Virus record (IMG/VR): IMGVR_UViG_3300009419_000009
Span: 1-64,000 of that record
Strand: one strand, 5' to 3'
DNA: 64,000 nt
From: an uncultured virus (IMG/VR IMGVR_UViG_3300009419_000009)
Lineage: Duplodnaviria; Heunggongvirae; Uroviricota; Caudoviricetes
Made by a program: the position numbers and the translations under genes. The notes under the pieces were generated by a model that did no database searches, was not told the DNA's origin, and saw only the letters and a list, made by a program, of their open reading frames with translations. This document shows positions 1-10,954 of this stretch, in pieces. Each line of letters begins with the position of its first letter. Position 1 is the first letter of the stretch.

Positions 1-2929
1 ATGCACCCATGTTGATTGTGGTTGCCGCACCACCCAAGTTGATAGTGGTTGCAGTGGTGTTAAACAATGCGCCAACAGACTGTGATGTTATCAAACCACC
101 AGCACCAGCAATGGTCATTGTACCTGCACTGGCAATACTAATACTGTTTTGTGTTGCAAAAGTACTGCCGTTCAAGCTCGCCCATAATCCAAATCCTTGG
201 ACTGAGCCTGCTGTTACAGCACCAGTTGTACCAGCCCAGCTAAAACTACCGCCGCTTATAGAGAACTGTGCGGCTCCGGTTTGTGTGTTTCTAGCATACA
301 TTGCACCATTGGCACCAAAGTAAGCATTGTTTAAGATATAGGTGCCGCCAAGTTGATTGCTACCTGCTCCAATTGTGGTTGTGTTACCAATAAACGTTTG
401 TGTAACGTTGGCCTGTAGCGCAGGTCTTGTGACAGGGTTACCAAGGTATATGGCTGTGTTGGCTGCTAGATACGCTGCTACATCTGCATTGGCATAACTA
501 CCTCCACCGCCTGCTACAGTTGATAATATGTTTACGCCATTAGCAAATACCACTGCTTTGTCGTTGGGTATAATCAAGTTGCCGGTTTTGATTTCAAGGC
601 CCGCGCTGGTTATCACTGTTCTCTGACCATTGTTGGTAAAGATTTCAACACTTCCAGCTTTGACACCGTATCCATCTTGGCCGTTGCGATACACAGTGAT
701 GTCGTTGTCAGCCCAGAGTCTAAACTCCCCGTTGTTGCTGATGGTAGCAGTATTTCCAAATGTGGTTACACCATTGGCTTGTAGCGCAACTTCGCTGCCA
801 CCGTTGGTTAGTCTGGTGGTTGCATTTGCCGCTGTCTGGAACGCACTGAGTGGAACTGATTTCCAAATTGCAGGCTGAGTTGGATTGGTCAGTGTGGCGT
901 TACCGCCTGTGGGCGAGCCGTACGGGGTACCAACCCAGGTAATCTGCCAACTGCCGTATCCATCATCGGATATGGTATCAATGGTAAAATCGTACCCGCC
1001 TTGACTAACGATCCATCCCACTTGTGGAGTTGGGTATGCACCTTGTGTTATAAACAGCGTGTTACTAACTGCACCGCCCCAACCCACTATGTAGACATTT
1101 GAAGCAAAGGTGCTGGTGCAATAGTAAATGTAGTTGCTGTCCACGCGAACCATGCCAGCTCGGTCGCCTGCGGATCCTGACAGTGTGCTGGGTGCAGGTC
1201 CTGACACTATCAAGTTGGCCACATTTGCTGTGCCAGTTGCTGTTACATTGCCAACATTGATGTCCACATTGCCAAACGCCAAGGGAGCAGAGTATCGTAT
1301 TTCAAACGAATTGGTTACACCGTTGACTGCATAGCTGTATCCTAACAATCCGTAACTAAAATCACCAGTGGCATCACTATAGGTTTCAGTGGTAACTGAT
1401 GTGCTGATACTGGTCACACCTGTGATTGTGTCAAATATGTTTACGCCATTGGCAAAGTTGTACTGTGTGGCAGTAACATTGCCGTTGGCAGTGATGCTGG
1501 TCACACCATCAATCACACTGGTGGCACTAGAATCAAATATTAAATTACCACCAGTTGGGAATGTTAATGTACCGTCTGCGTCAAAGATCCATTCAATGAA
1601 TGCTTCAGGACCGGTGGTGGCTCCAGTTTGAATAGCAACAGCACCAGTTGTGTCATTGAACGCAACCAAGGCTATGTTGCCTGGTTCAAATTCAAACTCA
1701 CTCCAGCCAATATAGGTAGCGGCATTGCCGGTTGTGGCCACTGTGATCTCAGCATTGGCCTGTGATATTATGGTGCCAGAACCAAGTGGGTTTGACCCTA
1801 TTATTAAGTTGCTTGGGAATGTTAGGCTACCAGCATAATCAAAGTTCCATTGATTAGAGTAGTCATCGCCTGTGCGTAGAGTTACATTACCACCGTTGTG
1901 TGCTATACCATTATATCCTAATCCACCAGATATTATGGTGTCACCACCCGGTATACTACAGCCCTGGGTGTGACCTGCGGTGATGTATAAATCGGTTCCT
2001 GGACCATTGCCAAATCCGCGATTGGGCTGATCAAGGTTACCTGTGATTGTTAGGTTACCGGCAGTGATATTACCAGTGGCTGGGAATGTTGTTGTACCGT
2101 TGGAATAGAATACATAGTCTGTGGTGTCGGCTGTGATGGTTACATTGGTACCTAGGCCTGTGATATCACTGCCAGAAAATGTGATGTCGCCGGTGCTGGC
2201 TGCAAGATTGCTCAGTATGCTTACACCATTGCTGAATTGGTAAGCAGGACTTCGTATGGAGTCCGTCACTGTGATCACATCCACATTGCCAATTCGTGCT
2301 GTGCTTGAAGTAAATTCAATGTCCCCATCAAATTCTAACAGGTAACTGGCCACAGTGGCATTTGAGTATGTGCCAGCACCCACTGTGCTGAGTATGTTTA
2401 CACCGTTGGCAAAGTTGATGTTGCCATCGGTAGGTAATGTCAAGGTGCCATCTGTGCCAAAGGTCCAAGAATATTGAGTGCTGTTACCTTGTGAGGCGAT
2501 TTCAACTCCGCCTCCCCAAGGAAGTTTTACATAATTACTGTCATCACCTAAGAATAAATCAAGGGCCTGCTGTCCACCTTTCATTATATGGAAATGATCA
2601 GCTAGGCCAATTTCAGGACTGTTGCCCAGCAATATTGTACCACGGTCCGTGGTTATTGGTACACCAGAGAAAGTATCAGCATCTCCTATGGTAGAACCGT
2701 TTGGTAATGTTAATGCACCAGTTGATTCAAGACTAACTGTGTTTGCACCGTTGACCAATGTGCTGCCGCTGGTAGTGGCATAGGCCAGTGCAGTCCAGAC
2801 TGTGTTGCCATCACCATACTTGACCCGGTTGGTGTCTATTTCTAAACCTGGTTCTCCATCCTCTAGAACAGGATTGACTCTGGTCCAGTTAGCGGCTGTG
2901 TCTCTTCGTAGTTGTATTCTATTTGCCAT
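1..2929 (-). CDS. Tail fibre / receptor-binding protein with Mtd-like N-terminal domain (3' end runs off window)
   Basis: ATG at 2929; MANRIQLRRDTAANWTRVNPVLEDGEPGLEIDTNRVKYGDG is a typical phage fibre N-terminus; same frame still reads Gly/Thr/Asn-rich at position 2; absent from ORF track, presumably because no stop in window. Confidence 0.8.
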   Translation of the reverse strand, partial: MANRIQLRRDTAANWTRVNPVLEDGEPGLEIDTNRVKYGDGNTVWTALAYATTSGSTLVNGANTVSLESTGALTLPNGSTIGDADTFSGVPITTDRGTILLGNSPEIGLADHFHIMKGGQQALDLFLGDDSNYVKLPWGGGVEIASQGNSTQYSWTFGTDGTLTLPTDGNINFANGVNILSTVGAGTYSNATVASYLLEFDGDIEFTSSTARIGNVDVITVTDSIRSPAYQFSNGVSILSNLAASTGDITFSGSDITGLGTNVTITADTTDYVFYSNGTTTFPATGNITAGNLTITGNLDQPNRGFGNGPGTDLYITAGHTQGCSIPGGDTIISGGLGYNGIAHNGGNVTLRTGDDYSNQWNFDYAGSLTFPSNLIIGSNPLGSGTIISQANAEITVATTGNAATYIGWSEFEFEPGNIALVAFNDTTGAVAIQTGATTGPEAFIEWIFDADGTLTFPTGGNLIFDSSATSVIDGVTSITANGNVTATQYNFANGVNIFDTITGVTSISTSVTTETYSDATGDFSYGLLGYSYAVNGVTNSFEIRYSAPLAFGNVDINVGNVTATGTANVANLIVSGPAPSTLSGSAGDRAGMVRVDSNYIYYCTSTFASNVYIVGWGGAVSNTLFITQGAYPTPQVGWIVSQGGYDFTIDTISDDGYGSWQITWVGTPYGSPTGGNATLTNPTQPAIWKSVPLSAFQTAANATTRLTNGGSEVALQANGVTTFGNTATISNNGEFRLWADNDITVYRNGQDGYGVKAGSVEIFTNNGQRTVITSAGLEIKTGNLIIPNDKAVVFANGVNILSTVAGGGGSYANADVAAYLAANTAIYLGNPVTRPALQANVTQTFIGNTTTIGAGSNQLGGTYILNNAYFGANGAMYARNTQTGAAQFSISGGSFSWAGTTGAVTAGSVQGFGLWASLNGSTFATQNSISIASAGTMTIAGAGGLITSQSVGALFNTTATTINLGGAATTINMGA

Positions 2930-2930
2930 G

Positions 2931-5900
2931 TTATGCTCCGCCCCCGTTTAATGTGTAATAGGTTGGTTCAGTTATTTCCGCGCCACCTCCATTGAACGAT
3001 GGTGTGTTTACTCCGTATCTTGTTGATGAGAATCCGCCTTCTGCGTAGTCCACTGTGACTTCATATATGGCAGCGGCTGCGCCACCATCCAGCATCAGGT
3101 TGTCCAGTCTTGTATAAGCTGTTTTCTGGAATGTGCCATCACTGAATGTAATGCCAACATTTGATGTTTGTGGCAGGGTCAAATTGCCTGTGTTTTCAAA
3201 TGCCCAGGTGTTGGTGCCAACCACTAACTCTATTGGAAGGCGCTCAACTGTGCCATCGCCAATTTCAAAATCAGTTGTGAGTATCTTTACACCGTCACTG
3301 TCGGCTCCAGTTTCACCAAGATAACTAACACGATCAATGTCAGCATTCACTGCCACCATGGTGAACATGCCCACTTCAGTGTTGACCATGCTCACATAGT
3401 CGCCACCAAATGCCGGGCTGTTGTACTGCGGATCATTTATGCCATAGTATATGCCATTGGATGTGTAAACAGTGGCATTTGCTTGGTCATTGATGTCATC
3501 ATAACCACCTAGAGCGTAAACGCCCGCTCCGCCTGGCGTGCCTGACACCTGATGCAGTATCATGTAATTGTGGTTGTCTTCGTTTTGTGACCAAAATGCC
3601 TGGAATGGAGCCAGTTCACCTGAGGTCACTGCGGACACAGTAATTCTCTCAGTTGCGGCATTGGCAGTGGCTGTGAACACACACTCACTGAGGTCAGTGC
3701 CAATAAAGTTGCCTTGATCGTAGGCGTCGTTGTTGCCTTCAACGATAAAATGTTTTGCAAACAAGTTGTCAAATCTGACACTGGCCATGCTGCCTGATCG
3801 TGTGAGATTGGTAATTCCGCCAGATCCATTGACCCCAGTCACAGTGATTGTCATGTTGTCATCAGGAGCAATACCACCTAGCACTGTGCCAGGAACTGTG
3901 ATAGTGTCGTTGACTTGATATCCAGTGCCTGCAACCAAGATTTGTGTTTCTTCAGACCCACTGTAAGTACGGCCATCATTGTTGTAGTAGTACACAAAAC
4001 CTGAGCCAGTGCCCGATGTGGTCATGCCTGCGGTGTTGATCACTGCTTGTATTTCATTGAAATCAAACGGAGTATGCAGAGTGTCGGCCGGCAAGCTGTC
4101 TATCAAATCTGCTTGTGCTGTGTCAAATGCTGTTTGTATGTCAGCAACATCTGTTCGTAAAGTATCGCCATCATACAGAACCAAATCAATGTAGGTTCGA
4201 ACAAAAGTTTTGATGTGTTCCAAAGGTATTGGATCGCTGGTGTCGGCGCCGTAGAGGTTAATCACAGCCACATGACTGCTGCCAGTTATACCATTGGCAA
4301 AGAATGTATCTTCATTGGTGTCATCAGACAGGTTATAGCCACGCATGGCGGCGCTACGACTCAATATGATTTGATTCAGTGATGGATCGTCATCTGCGCC
4401 GCCATCTTGTTCTGATATTTGATTTACAGTGGCATAGAATCCGCGATAGGCCTTTGAGTTTGAAACGCCAGCAACGATTGCGCCGGGCACTACCACAGTA
4501 CCGTTAGCACCAAATGTCCATGTGTGTTCTATGGATGTTGGATCACTTGGATCAAAAGAGCCAGTTATGAGTTGAACAGCACCGTTGGCAGCAAACGGAC
4601 TGTTGATTATCATCCCTGCAACAGATGTTGGGTTGCTATAATCATTTACCCATTGTACACCAACACCACCAGCTGATCCTTGTGCCAAAATGCCTATGAA
4701 ACTATTGGCAGTTGTTTCTATGACATCGCCGGCGCCTGTGTTTCCCATGGTCATGCCCGACGGGAATGTTAGCATGCCGCTGGTGTCAAATGTCCAATGC
4801 TTGGTATTTGTGTCAGTGCCAATAACAACATCACCGCCGTCTTTTTCAATCTTCACATACTGGTCATCGTCGCCTAGGTATATGTCAGTTGTTGCGGGAT
4901 CACCTGCTACCAAGTGGATGTGACTGGTTTCAATAACACCATTGTCGGTGACTGTTATAAAGGCAGTGTTCCAAGGGTTGTCGCCGCCCACTGTCAATGT
5001 AAATGTGGTAGCACTGGTATATTCAGGAATTGGTAGTACTACCGTAGTTGTTTGAGGAAGTTCACCAGCTGGAGAAAAAGCAGGGAATGTTCCTGTCAAA
5101 CTGCCTATGCCCAACTGTTGCGCTGTTGCTCCAGTGATTTCATAAGTTACGCCTGTAATATCAAGACTGGCATCTATATTGTTTAGAGTAATTGTTAAAT
5201 TTTGTCCAGGAACAATCGCACCGCTGGCAGTTAAAGTACCACCCGCAGTTGGACGAATAACCAGACTCTGTCCGGCAGCGGCCCCAGGTGGTGAAATAAC
5301 TGTGGTGGTTTCTGTTTCACCTATTGTACTACCCAGTGGTAATGTTATGTTTCCATCTGCTTCAAGTACAACTTCATTGGCACCATTTGTTAATCTATCA
5401 CTACTTCCGACTCCGTTGCCACCTAGCACACTCTCACCGTCGCTGTTGACAATGTCAGCACCTGCGGGTAGTTTTAGTTTTGGGGAATCACCAACGTTAT
5501 TAAATTCAAATGTTCCACTGCCCACTTGAATGTAAGCCGCACCCGTATCGCCATCACTACTCTCTGCCCATATATAAACGTTGCCGCTTTGTAGCTGTGC
5601 GTATGAACTGGCATTGATATTAACTACATTGCTTGTGGATCCAATCTCATCATCAGTAAATGTGATGTTGCCAGTGTTGGCACCGCCACCTGCATCAAAA
5701 TCGTATTCGCTTTCGCCTGCACGAGTTTCTGCACGGAATGGAATCTGTGTCCAGTCTCCAGCAACAAAGTTGTTGATGGGATCCGCTGTCTCAGTGGCCC
5801 ACATGTTCTGTTCTGCCAAGTCTGCCACTTGGCCACTATATCCCGATCCTGCTGTGTCAACAGTGATGTTTCTAATGTATCCTTCGTCGTCAATGCCGCT

Positions 5901-8162
5901 GGATGAATAAGTTGCTGGAGTGAATGATAAATTGTCAGCGTTGCCATTCAAGAAGGCAAAGTGAGCATTGTCAATTATGGTTGGATTGGTTGCAAAGCTG
6001 TAGGACTGATCCCCAGTTTCTTCCACTTGTTCCACAAAGGCCGAACTGGCCACTGCACGAGTCACGCCTGGCAGAATCAAGTTGCCAGATACGGTGGACT
6101 TGATTGCGGCATTGCCAATATACACCGTGCCTGGGCCCACATACAAGTGACGGAAACGATAGAGTGAACTGCCTAGATCAAACACATTGTCTGAGTTGGG
6201 CAGTATGCTACCAGGTACTGTGAGATTACCGGCGGTGTCTAGTACGGCATTGTACCCACTGTTGAACAGAACACTGATAGGTGCCTGTGTGTATGCTGTG
6301 CGTTGGAATGAGCCGTCACCAAACACAATACCTGTAGTGGATATTGCAGGACTGCTCATGAAATTCATGTTGTTTGGCAAGAACAGGTTACCGTCTTCTC
6401 TAAAGGTCCAAGGTTCTGCATTGGCTGTTATATAAACATTACCATTAGTTGACTTTAATTCAATATCGTTGATACTGCCTGTACCTGCATTGGATGCGTT
6501 GCCAAATACCAATTTGCCATCACCAGCGCCATTGAATAGATAAAACTCTTGAGTATCGCTGTCCAGTATCCAGGCGTTTGTGCCATTGCCAGTCTCTAAT
6601 ACCCACGAACCAAGTGTAGTTGTTAGTCCATTGTAATATAAAGTAGTTGTAGCACCACCAATCATTGGATCGTAAAAATGCCAATTGAATCCTTGACCGT
6701 TTGGTAGTGTGATGTTGTTGTTAAAGAATCTGGTGTTGTTAGCAAAAATCACGTTGCCAACTGTGATTGGTTTGTTGAATTCAAACGAGTCACTAACAGA
6801 TGAATAAGAGATGTTGGCCAGCGCACCAGCCACACGCAGACCAGCACCGTTTGCTGCCGCGCTGTTGATTGCACCATTGGCCACTGTTATGTACAAATCA
6901 GCTACATTCAAAGTGGCTGTATTAACTGTGGTTTGAGTACCATTGACCTGAAGGTTACCAAGTACCACTGCATTGTATGACACAGTTAGATTGCCAGTGG
7001 TTACATTGCCTGCCAGGTACGCGGCTGTGTTAACATTACTATAGACCTGTGTTTGTAGTGTGGTAATAGCAGAGTTAGCCGCGGTGATGTTTGCACGAAG
7101 CGCATTTATATCTGTAGCCTGTGTACCAGCATTAGCAGTCCATGCAGTGGTAACTGCATCAACATAGCTCTTCATGCCTGTGTTGGCAGTGACAATAGCT
7201 GAGTTGGCTGCTGACACGTTTGCGGTCAGTTGCTGTATTGTTGCAAATCCGGATCCAGTTTGCAAGGTAGCAATGGCTGCATTGGCCGCGGTAATATTAG
7301 CACGTAGGTCGTCAATCTCTGCGTGTGCGGCTGCGGCATTTGCTGTCCATGCAGTGGTAACTGCATCAACATAGCTCTGCATTCCTGTGTTGGCTGTGAT
7401 AATAGCACCGTTGGCTGCGGCAACGTTTGCATTGATTGTGTTGATCTGTGTCGCCTGCGTGGCTGCATTGGCCACTGTGCTGTATGTTGCATTAGCATAG
7501 GTATAAAACGGAGCCATGTATGCCGCAACATTGGTGTTCGAGTATGTTCCGCTTTGTGGATTGGCCACTAGATAAGACGCAACATTGGCATTGCTATAGG
7601 TGCTGGCACCACTTACAGGTGCACCGTTTACCAACAATGATCCATCAGCAGTGATACTCAATGGAATGCTATTGATGTAAATGGTGTTGTTGCTGACCCA
7701 GAGATCTTTCCACTGACGTGTGGCACTGCCTAGGCTGTATACTACATTGGCAGAGGGAATAATGTTGCCAGCAACTGTGGTTAGGTATGCAACCACATTG
7801 GCATTGCTGTAAGTACCTGCGCCGCCACCTGTAAATGTAGCATTGGCATAGGTTTGGAACGCACCAATATTGGCGTTAATGGAGTTGATTGCTACTGCTT
7901 GAACGGCTGCGTTTGCATTTGCCGCTGTGATTTGTGCTGTGGTTGCATAACCACTTAGGTTAATGTTGCCCACTGCAACGTTGGCAAGTTCAGCATAGGT
8001 GGCCAATCGTGTACCACCCACAACAACTCCGTCATGCACACGTAGAGTTTTCAACGTTGTGTCCATGGTGATTTCACCACGCACGCCTGTGTAGGTACTG
8101 CTTACTGTGGTGTTGCCGCGACCTACTAGGATCTTTTTAATTTGTACGTTTGCTGTAGCCAT
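2931..8162 (-). CDS. Large tail fibre-like virion protein
   Basis: ORF 2931..8186, likely start MATANVQIKK at 8162; GEITMDTTLKTLRVHDG fibre motif, YSNANV repeats, Ala-rich coiled coil, WTF..G.L..P repeats. Confidence 0.75.
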   Translation of the reverse strand: MATANVQIKKILVGRGNTTVSSTYTGVRGEITMDTTLKTLRVHDGVVVGGTRLATYAELANVAVGNINLSGYATTAQITAANANAAVQAVAINSINANIGAFQTYANATFTGGGAGTYSNANVVAYLTTVAGNIIPSANVVYSLGSATRQWKDLWVSNNTIYINSIPLSITADGSLLVNGAPVSGASTYSNANVASYLVANPQSGTYSNTNVAAYMAPFYTYANATYSTVANAATQATQINTINANVAAANGAIITANTGMQSYVDAVTTAWTANAAAAHAEIDDLRANITAANAAIATLQTGSGFATIQQLTANVSAANSAIVTANTGMKSYVDAVTTAWTANAGTQATDINALRANITAANSAITTLQTQVYSNVNTAAYLAGNVTTGNLTVSYNAVVLGNLQVNGTQTTVNTATLNVADLYITVANGAINSAAANGAGLRVAGALANISYSSVSDSFEFNKPITVGNVIFANNTRFFNNNITLPNGQGFNWHFYDPMIGGATTTLYYNGLTTTLGSWVLETGNGTNAWILDSDTQEFYLFNGAGDGKLVFGNASNAGTGSINDIELKSTNGNVYITANAEPWTFREDGNLFLPNNMNFMSSPAISTTGIVFGDGSFQRTAYTQAPISVLFNSGYNAVLDTAGNLTVPGSILPNSDNVFDLGSSLYRFRHLYVGPGTVYIGNAAIKSTVSGNLILPGVTRAVASSAFVEQVEETGDQSYSFATNPTIIDNAHFAFLNGNADNLSFTPATYSSSGIDDEGYIRNITVDTAGSGYSGQVADLAEQNMWATETADPINNFVAGDWTQIPFRAETRAGESEYDFDAGGGANTGNITFTDDEIGSTSNVVNINASSYAQLQSGNVYIWAESSDGDTGAAYIQVGSGTFEFNNVGDSPKLKLPAGADIVNSDGESVLGGNGVGSSDRLTNGANEVVLEADGNITLPLGSTIGETETTTVISPPGAAAGQSLVIRPTAGGTLTASGAIVPGQNLTITLNNIDASLDITGVTYEITGATAQQLGIGSLTGTFPAFSPAGELPQTTTVVLPIPEYTSATTFTLTVGGDNPWNTAFITVTDNGVIETSHIHLVAGDPATTDIYLGDDDQYVKIEKDGGDVVIGTDTNTKHWTFDTSGMLTFPSGMTMGNTGAGDVIETTANSFIGILAQGSAGGVGVQWVNDYSNPTSVAGMIINSPFAANGAVQLITGSFDPSDPTSIEHTWTFGANGTVVVPGAIVAGVSNSKAYRGFYATVNQISEQDGGADDDPSLNQIILSRSAAMRGYNLSDDTNEDTFFANGITGSSHVAVINLYGADTSDPIPLEHIKTFVRTYIDLVLYDGDTLRTDVADIQTAFDTAQADLIDSLPADTLHTPFDFNEIQAVINTAGMTTSGTGSGFVYYYNNDGRTYSGSEETQILVAGTGYQVNDTITVPGTVLGGIAPDDNMTITVTGVNGSGGITNLTRSGSMASVRFDNLFAKHFIVEGNNDAYDQGNFIGTDLSECVFTATANAATERITVSAVTSGELAPFQAFWSQNEDNHNYMILHQVSGTPGGAGVYALGGYDDINDQANATVYTSNGIYYGINDPQYNSPAFGGDYVSMVNTEVGMFTMVAVNADIDRVSYLGETGADSDGVKILTTDFEIGDGTVERLPIELVVGTNTWAFENTGNLTLPQTSNVGITFSDGTFQKTAYTRLDNLMLDGGAAAAIYEVTVDYAEGGFSSTRYGVNTPSFNGGGAEITEPTYYTLNGGGA

Positions 8163-8166
8163 TTTA

Positions 8167-8664
8167 TTATAGTTCTCCGGCGTCAACTACACCGTCATAT
8201 ATTGCGACTGGAAGTACAGGAGTATTTGAATAGTAGCCACTTAGTACCTGTACAGGTAATCTCACGCTGTAGTTGTCGTCAATGTACAATGGCGTTTCGT
8301 CGTTGGAAGTCAAGTCAATCAACTTGACTGTGAATTCATAGTGTCTTTGATCTAGTGCATTAACCACTGAAGCTGGTATTGTGAACACGCCTAGACCCTT
8401 GTTCTGAGTAACAAAATCCACAGTGAAAGTTTCTACTGTGAGTTTGTTTTCTGGATCTTGTATGTCAACTTGCACATCGTAACCAGTTAGATCAACAGCT
8501 TTTTGATCCTGATTTTTGGTCACAATGTGAATAGGGTTATCAATACCCTGGTAGATTTTTATTGTTCTGCTGTACACGATCCTGTTCCTCGTAGAGAAGA
8601 TGGCTGGATCTATGACCTGAATTTCTAGGATATTTTTATAAAAAAACGCTTCAATTGTTTGCAT
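8167..8664 (-). CDS. Hypothetical virion/baseplate-associated protein
   Basis: 165 aa beta-rich ORF upstream of fibre genes; TAAATA motif at 8691-8696. Confidence 0.55.
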   Translation of the reverse strand: MQTIEAFFYKNILEIQVIDPAIFSTRNRIVYSRTIKIYQGIDNPIHIVTKNQDQKAVDLTGYDVQVDIQDPENKLTVETFTVDFVTQNKGLGVFTIPASVVNALDQRHYEFTVKLIDLTSNDETPLYIDDNYSVRLPVQVLSGYYSNTPVLPVAIYDGVVDAGEL

Positions 8665-8699
8665 AGGATACTTTTGCCATCTGTATCCAGTATTTATGG

Positions 8700-9257
8700 T
8701 TAAACGGTGTAACGGTAGTTGACCATAATTCCCCAGCTTTCGTCCTGGCGGATGTCGCTGGCGTCTGCGTCAAAGTTAACTGCATGTAGGCTAGCACCAT
8801 TGCCCAAATGGAACTTGGCCACAGGATCTTTGCGTAGAGCAATAAACTCACGCACTTGTTCTTCAGTGGGCTGAGTATCAAAGTGCTTGCGCAAGCTGGG
8901 AATAGGGCTTAGTGTGTAGAAATTCTTCACACCTTGTGCGCTAAAATGATTCACAGCTTCTCTTAATGCTCTAGCACCCACGCCCATTAGTGCGTCAGGC
9001 AAACGGAAGATGGTGTAGAACATGGCAGTCAAACCTTCTTCTTTGCTGTCTACAAAGATGTCTTTCATGCTTCGTACCAAATCGTCACTTACCTTGGTGC
9101 AAATCATGCATTGGTGTTGCTCGTCTTCGTCGTACATGAGCACAGTACGTGTGCCCACTGCGCGAGATTCTTTGGCAATGGTTGGATGAACAGGGTCATG
9201 GCTGATGAGTTCTAGCCATTGCTTGTCAAATTTTTCTGAGTTGGATGGGATGATCAT
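8700..9257 (-). CDS. Malonyl-CoA decarboxylase C-terminal-domain-like protein (miniature)
   Basis: Motifs DPVHP, MFYTI, TLSPIPSL, DPVAKFHLGNGA, SWGIMVNYRY match the recalled MCD catalytic-domain pattern (TLSPIPGF, DPVARFHLGNGA, G.MVNY.Y). Confidence 0.75.
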   Translation of the reverse strand: MIIPSNSEKFDKQWLELISHDPVHPTIAKESRAVGTRTVLMYDEDEQHQCMICTKVSDDLVRSMKDIFVDSKEEGLTAMFYTIFRLPDALMGVGARALREAVNHFSAQGVKNFYTLSPIPSLRKHFDTQPTEEQVREFIALRKDPVAKFHLGNGASLHAVNFDADASDIRQDESWGIMVNYRYTV

Positions 9258-9301
9258 GGAAATTTCCTAGTTGAGTTATATGCGTATTTATTACAGTCGT
9301 G

Positions 9302-9324
9302 AAAAAAGGGGCCGTAGCCCCTTT
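9302..9324 (-). terminator. Intrinsic terminator after tRNA-Ser
   Basis: AAAGGGGC-TACG-GCCCCTTTTTT on minus strand. Confidence 0.8.
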
Positions 9325-9334
9325 ATTCTATGTT

Positions 9335-9424
9335 TGGCGGAAGCGGTGAGATTCGAACTCACGGTGCCTTTCGACACGACAGTTTTCAAGACTGTTGCAA
9401 TAAACCGGACTCTGCCACACTTCC
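9335..9424 (-). tRNA. tRNA-Ser(UGA)
   Basis: Cloverleaf, ACAGT-CTTGAAA-ACTGT, long variable arm, encoded CCA. Confidence 0.95.
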
Positions 9425-9425
9425 A

Positions 9426-10595
9426 TTAGTTGTATAAATCTTGCAGGCGATATATGCCTGTGCGATCTAGATTTTTGTTCACGGCCAAATAGGCCAAGAG
9501 CCCGGCGTCATTGCGACGGACAAGCTCTTTTTGTATACTAGCATCAACGATGGCGTCAATTATATTTTTTTCGTCCAGCTCTAGTGTTAGTTTTAACAGT
9601 TGTATGTCCTTGAACGGCGTGAATGTAATAGTGCGTCCAAGATGCCAGTGCTGGTGATCGTTAATGCACATCCGCAGAATATGCTCCGCAGTTGTTTGTT
9701 TGCTTTGTATTACCTTTTGTATTTGTTCGTCCTGCTGTTGTCTTGCATAGATAGCAGATTTCTCTACACCTTGAAAGTACAGGTAATGATAATGCTCAGG
9801 TTCTAACACCTGTTCCATATTTTTGCCTAGATGCATCAGCATGATATTTGCTGTTGCAGGCCCACGCAAAAAATACTCATCGCCACAGGCCCCAGTGACT
9901 AGAATAGTGGGCTTGCGGTAATGATGTATTTGGTTATAACCCCAGTGTTCACGCAACTGAGATTCAAAATTAATTGTGAACTGATCGTAGTCAGTGTGTT
10001 CAGCCATGATCAATTCATGTGGTATGTGCAGTGCTCGTAGATAACTGATACACAGCAAGGTATCGATGCCACCAGAGTAAAATACCTTGATGTTGTCTGC
10101 GTTTAGACCCAACCACGAAAACTTAGCAGTCAACAAGTTGTGCATTTCATCTACCACTTCAGTAAAACTGCGTGTGGACCCTGGCACAGGAATCACTGTA
10201 CAACGATGTTCATGTATGGTTTGATCAATAGTTACCCAGGCATCTGCCCATACGTTCACAGGATGTTGTACTTCAATGTTGCCAACTGCATGCTCGGCAT
10301 CGTCACGAAACAGTGGTGTTGCTCTACTGGTATCATTGGTAACTGTCACTGTACCGTTTTTATGAGCTAGTACTGCTACAAAGTTACCTTCAAATCTAGG
10401 CTGTGCATTTTCAAACAGTTCTTCTGCCAGCACATGATTGATGCCACGCTGAAAGCAATAGCCCTTGATGTATGCATAACCATACTGGGTGTGTATCTCT
10501 TGCCAACCTAGATCACAATTGAGCCAAAGTTCTTTGGTCAGCGGATACTGCGCAGGGAACTTGGTGTCTTGTGTGGGCTTGATACAAAAGAACAT
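9426..10595 (-). CDS. Asparagine synthase-like N-type ATP pyrophosphatase
   Basis: YSGGIDT PP-loop and TGACGDEYF motif. Confidence 0.7.
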   Translation of the reverse strand: MFFCIKPTQDTKFPAQYPLTKELWLNCDLGWQEIHTQYGYAYIKGYCFQRGINHVLAEELFENAQPRFEGNFVAVLAHKNGTVTVTNDTSRATPLFRDDAEHAVGNIEVQHPVNVWADAWVTIDQTIHEHRCTVIPVPGSTRSFTEVVDEMHNLLTAKFSWLGLNADNIKVFYSGGIDTLLCISYLRALHIPHELIMAEHTDYDQFTINFESQLREHWGYNQIHHYRKPTILVTGACGDEYFLRGPATANIMLMHLGKNMEQVLEPEHYHYLYFQGVEKSAIYARQQQDEQIQKVIQSKQTTAEHILRMCINDHQHWHLGRTITFTPFKDIQLLKLTLELDEKNIIDAIVDASIQKELVRRNDAGLLAYLAVNKNLDRTGIYRLQDLYN

Positions 10596-10954
10596 TACTT
10601 TTGACTGTCGCCTTTTGCTACTCTGTAATTGTCTTCCACAGAGTCCGGTGTGCTGACTTCAATCACTGTGCCTGCTTCGACGCATTCCAGCTGATGAGGT
10701 TTGCAAGGTTCATTGTGCCATACACTACCATCACGCAGTTCTTTTTCGTGCAGTTCAGCAGTGGCAGTGTCAATCCAACGCACAATAAATCGTCCTGATT
10801 GCACATACCATGTTTCTTCTTTGAATTGATGAAAGTGCATACTGAACTTGGCGCCAGTATTAAAGTTCATCATCTTGCCGCAGTACTTGTCATTGGTAGC
10901 CCAGATAAATTCTGAACCCCACCCCTTGGGTACTAATCCTTTTAACTGTGTCAT
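10595..10954 (-). CDS. Cupin (sugar isomerase-like)
   Basis: KGWGSE, SMHFH..KEETWYV..G, H.LE, EVSTPD..EDNYR. Confidence 0.8.
   Translation of the reverse strand: MTQLKGLVPKGWGSEFIWATNDKYCGKMMNFNTGAKFSMHFHQFKEETWYVQSGRFIVRWIDTATAELHEKELRDGSVWHNEPCKPHQLECVEAGTVIEVSTPDSVEDNYRVAKGDSQK

Noticed and set aside
1..2929. Diversity-generating retroelement target
   Set aside because: Only the generic Mtd-like N-terminus is visible; no reverse transcriptase or TR/VR pair in this window.
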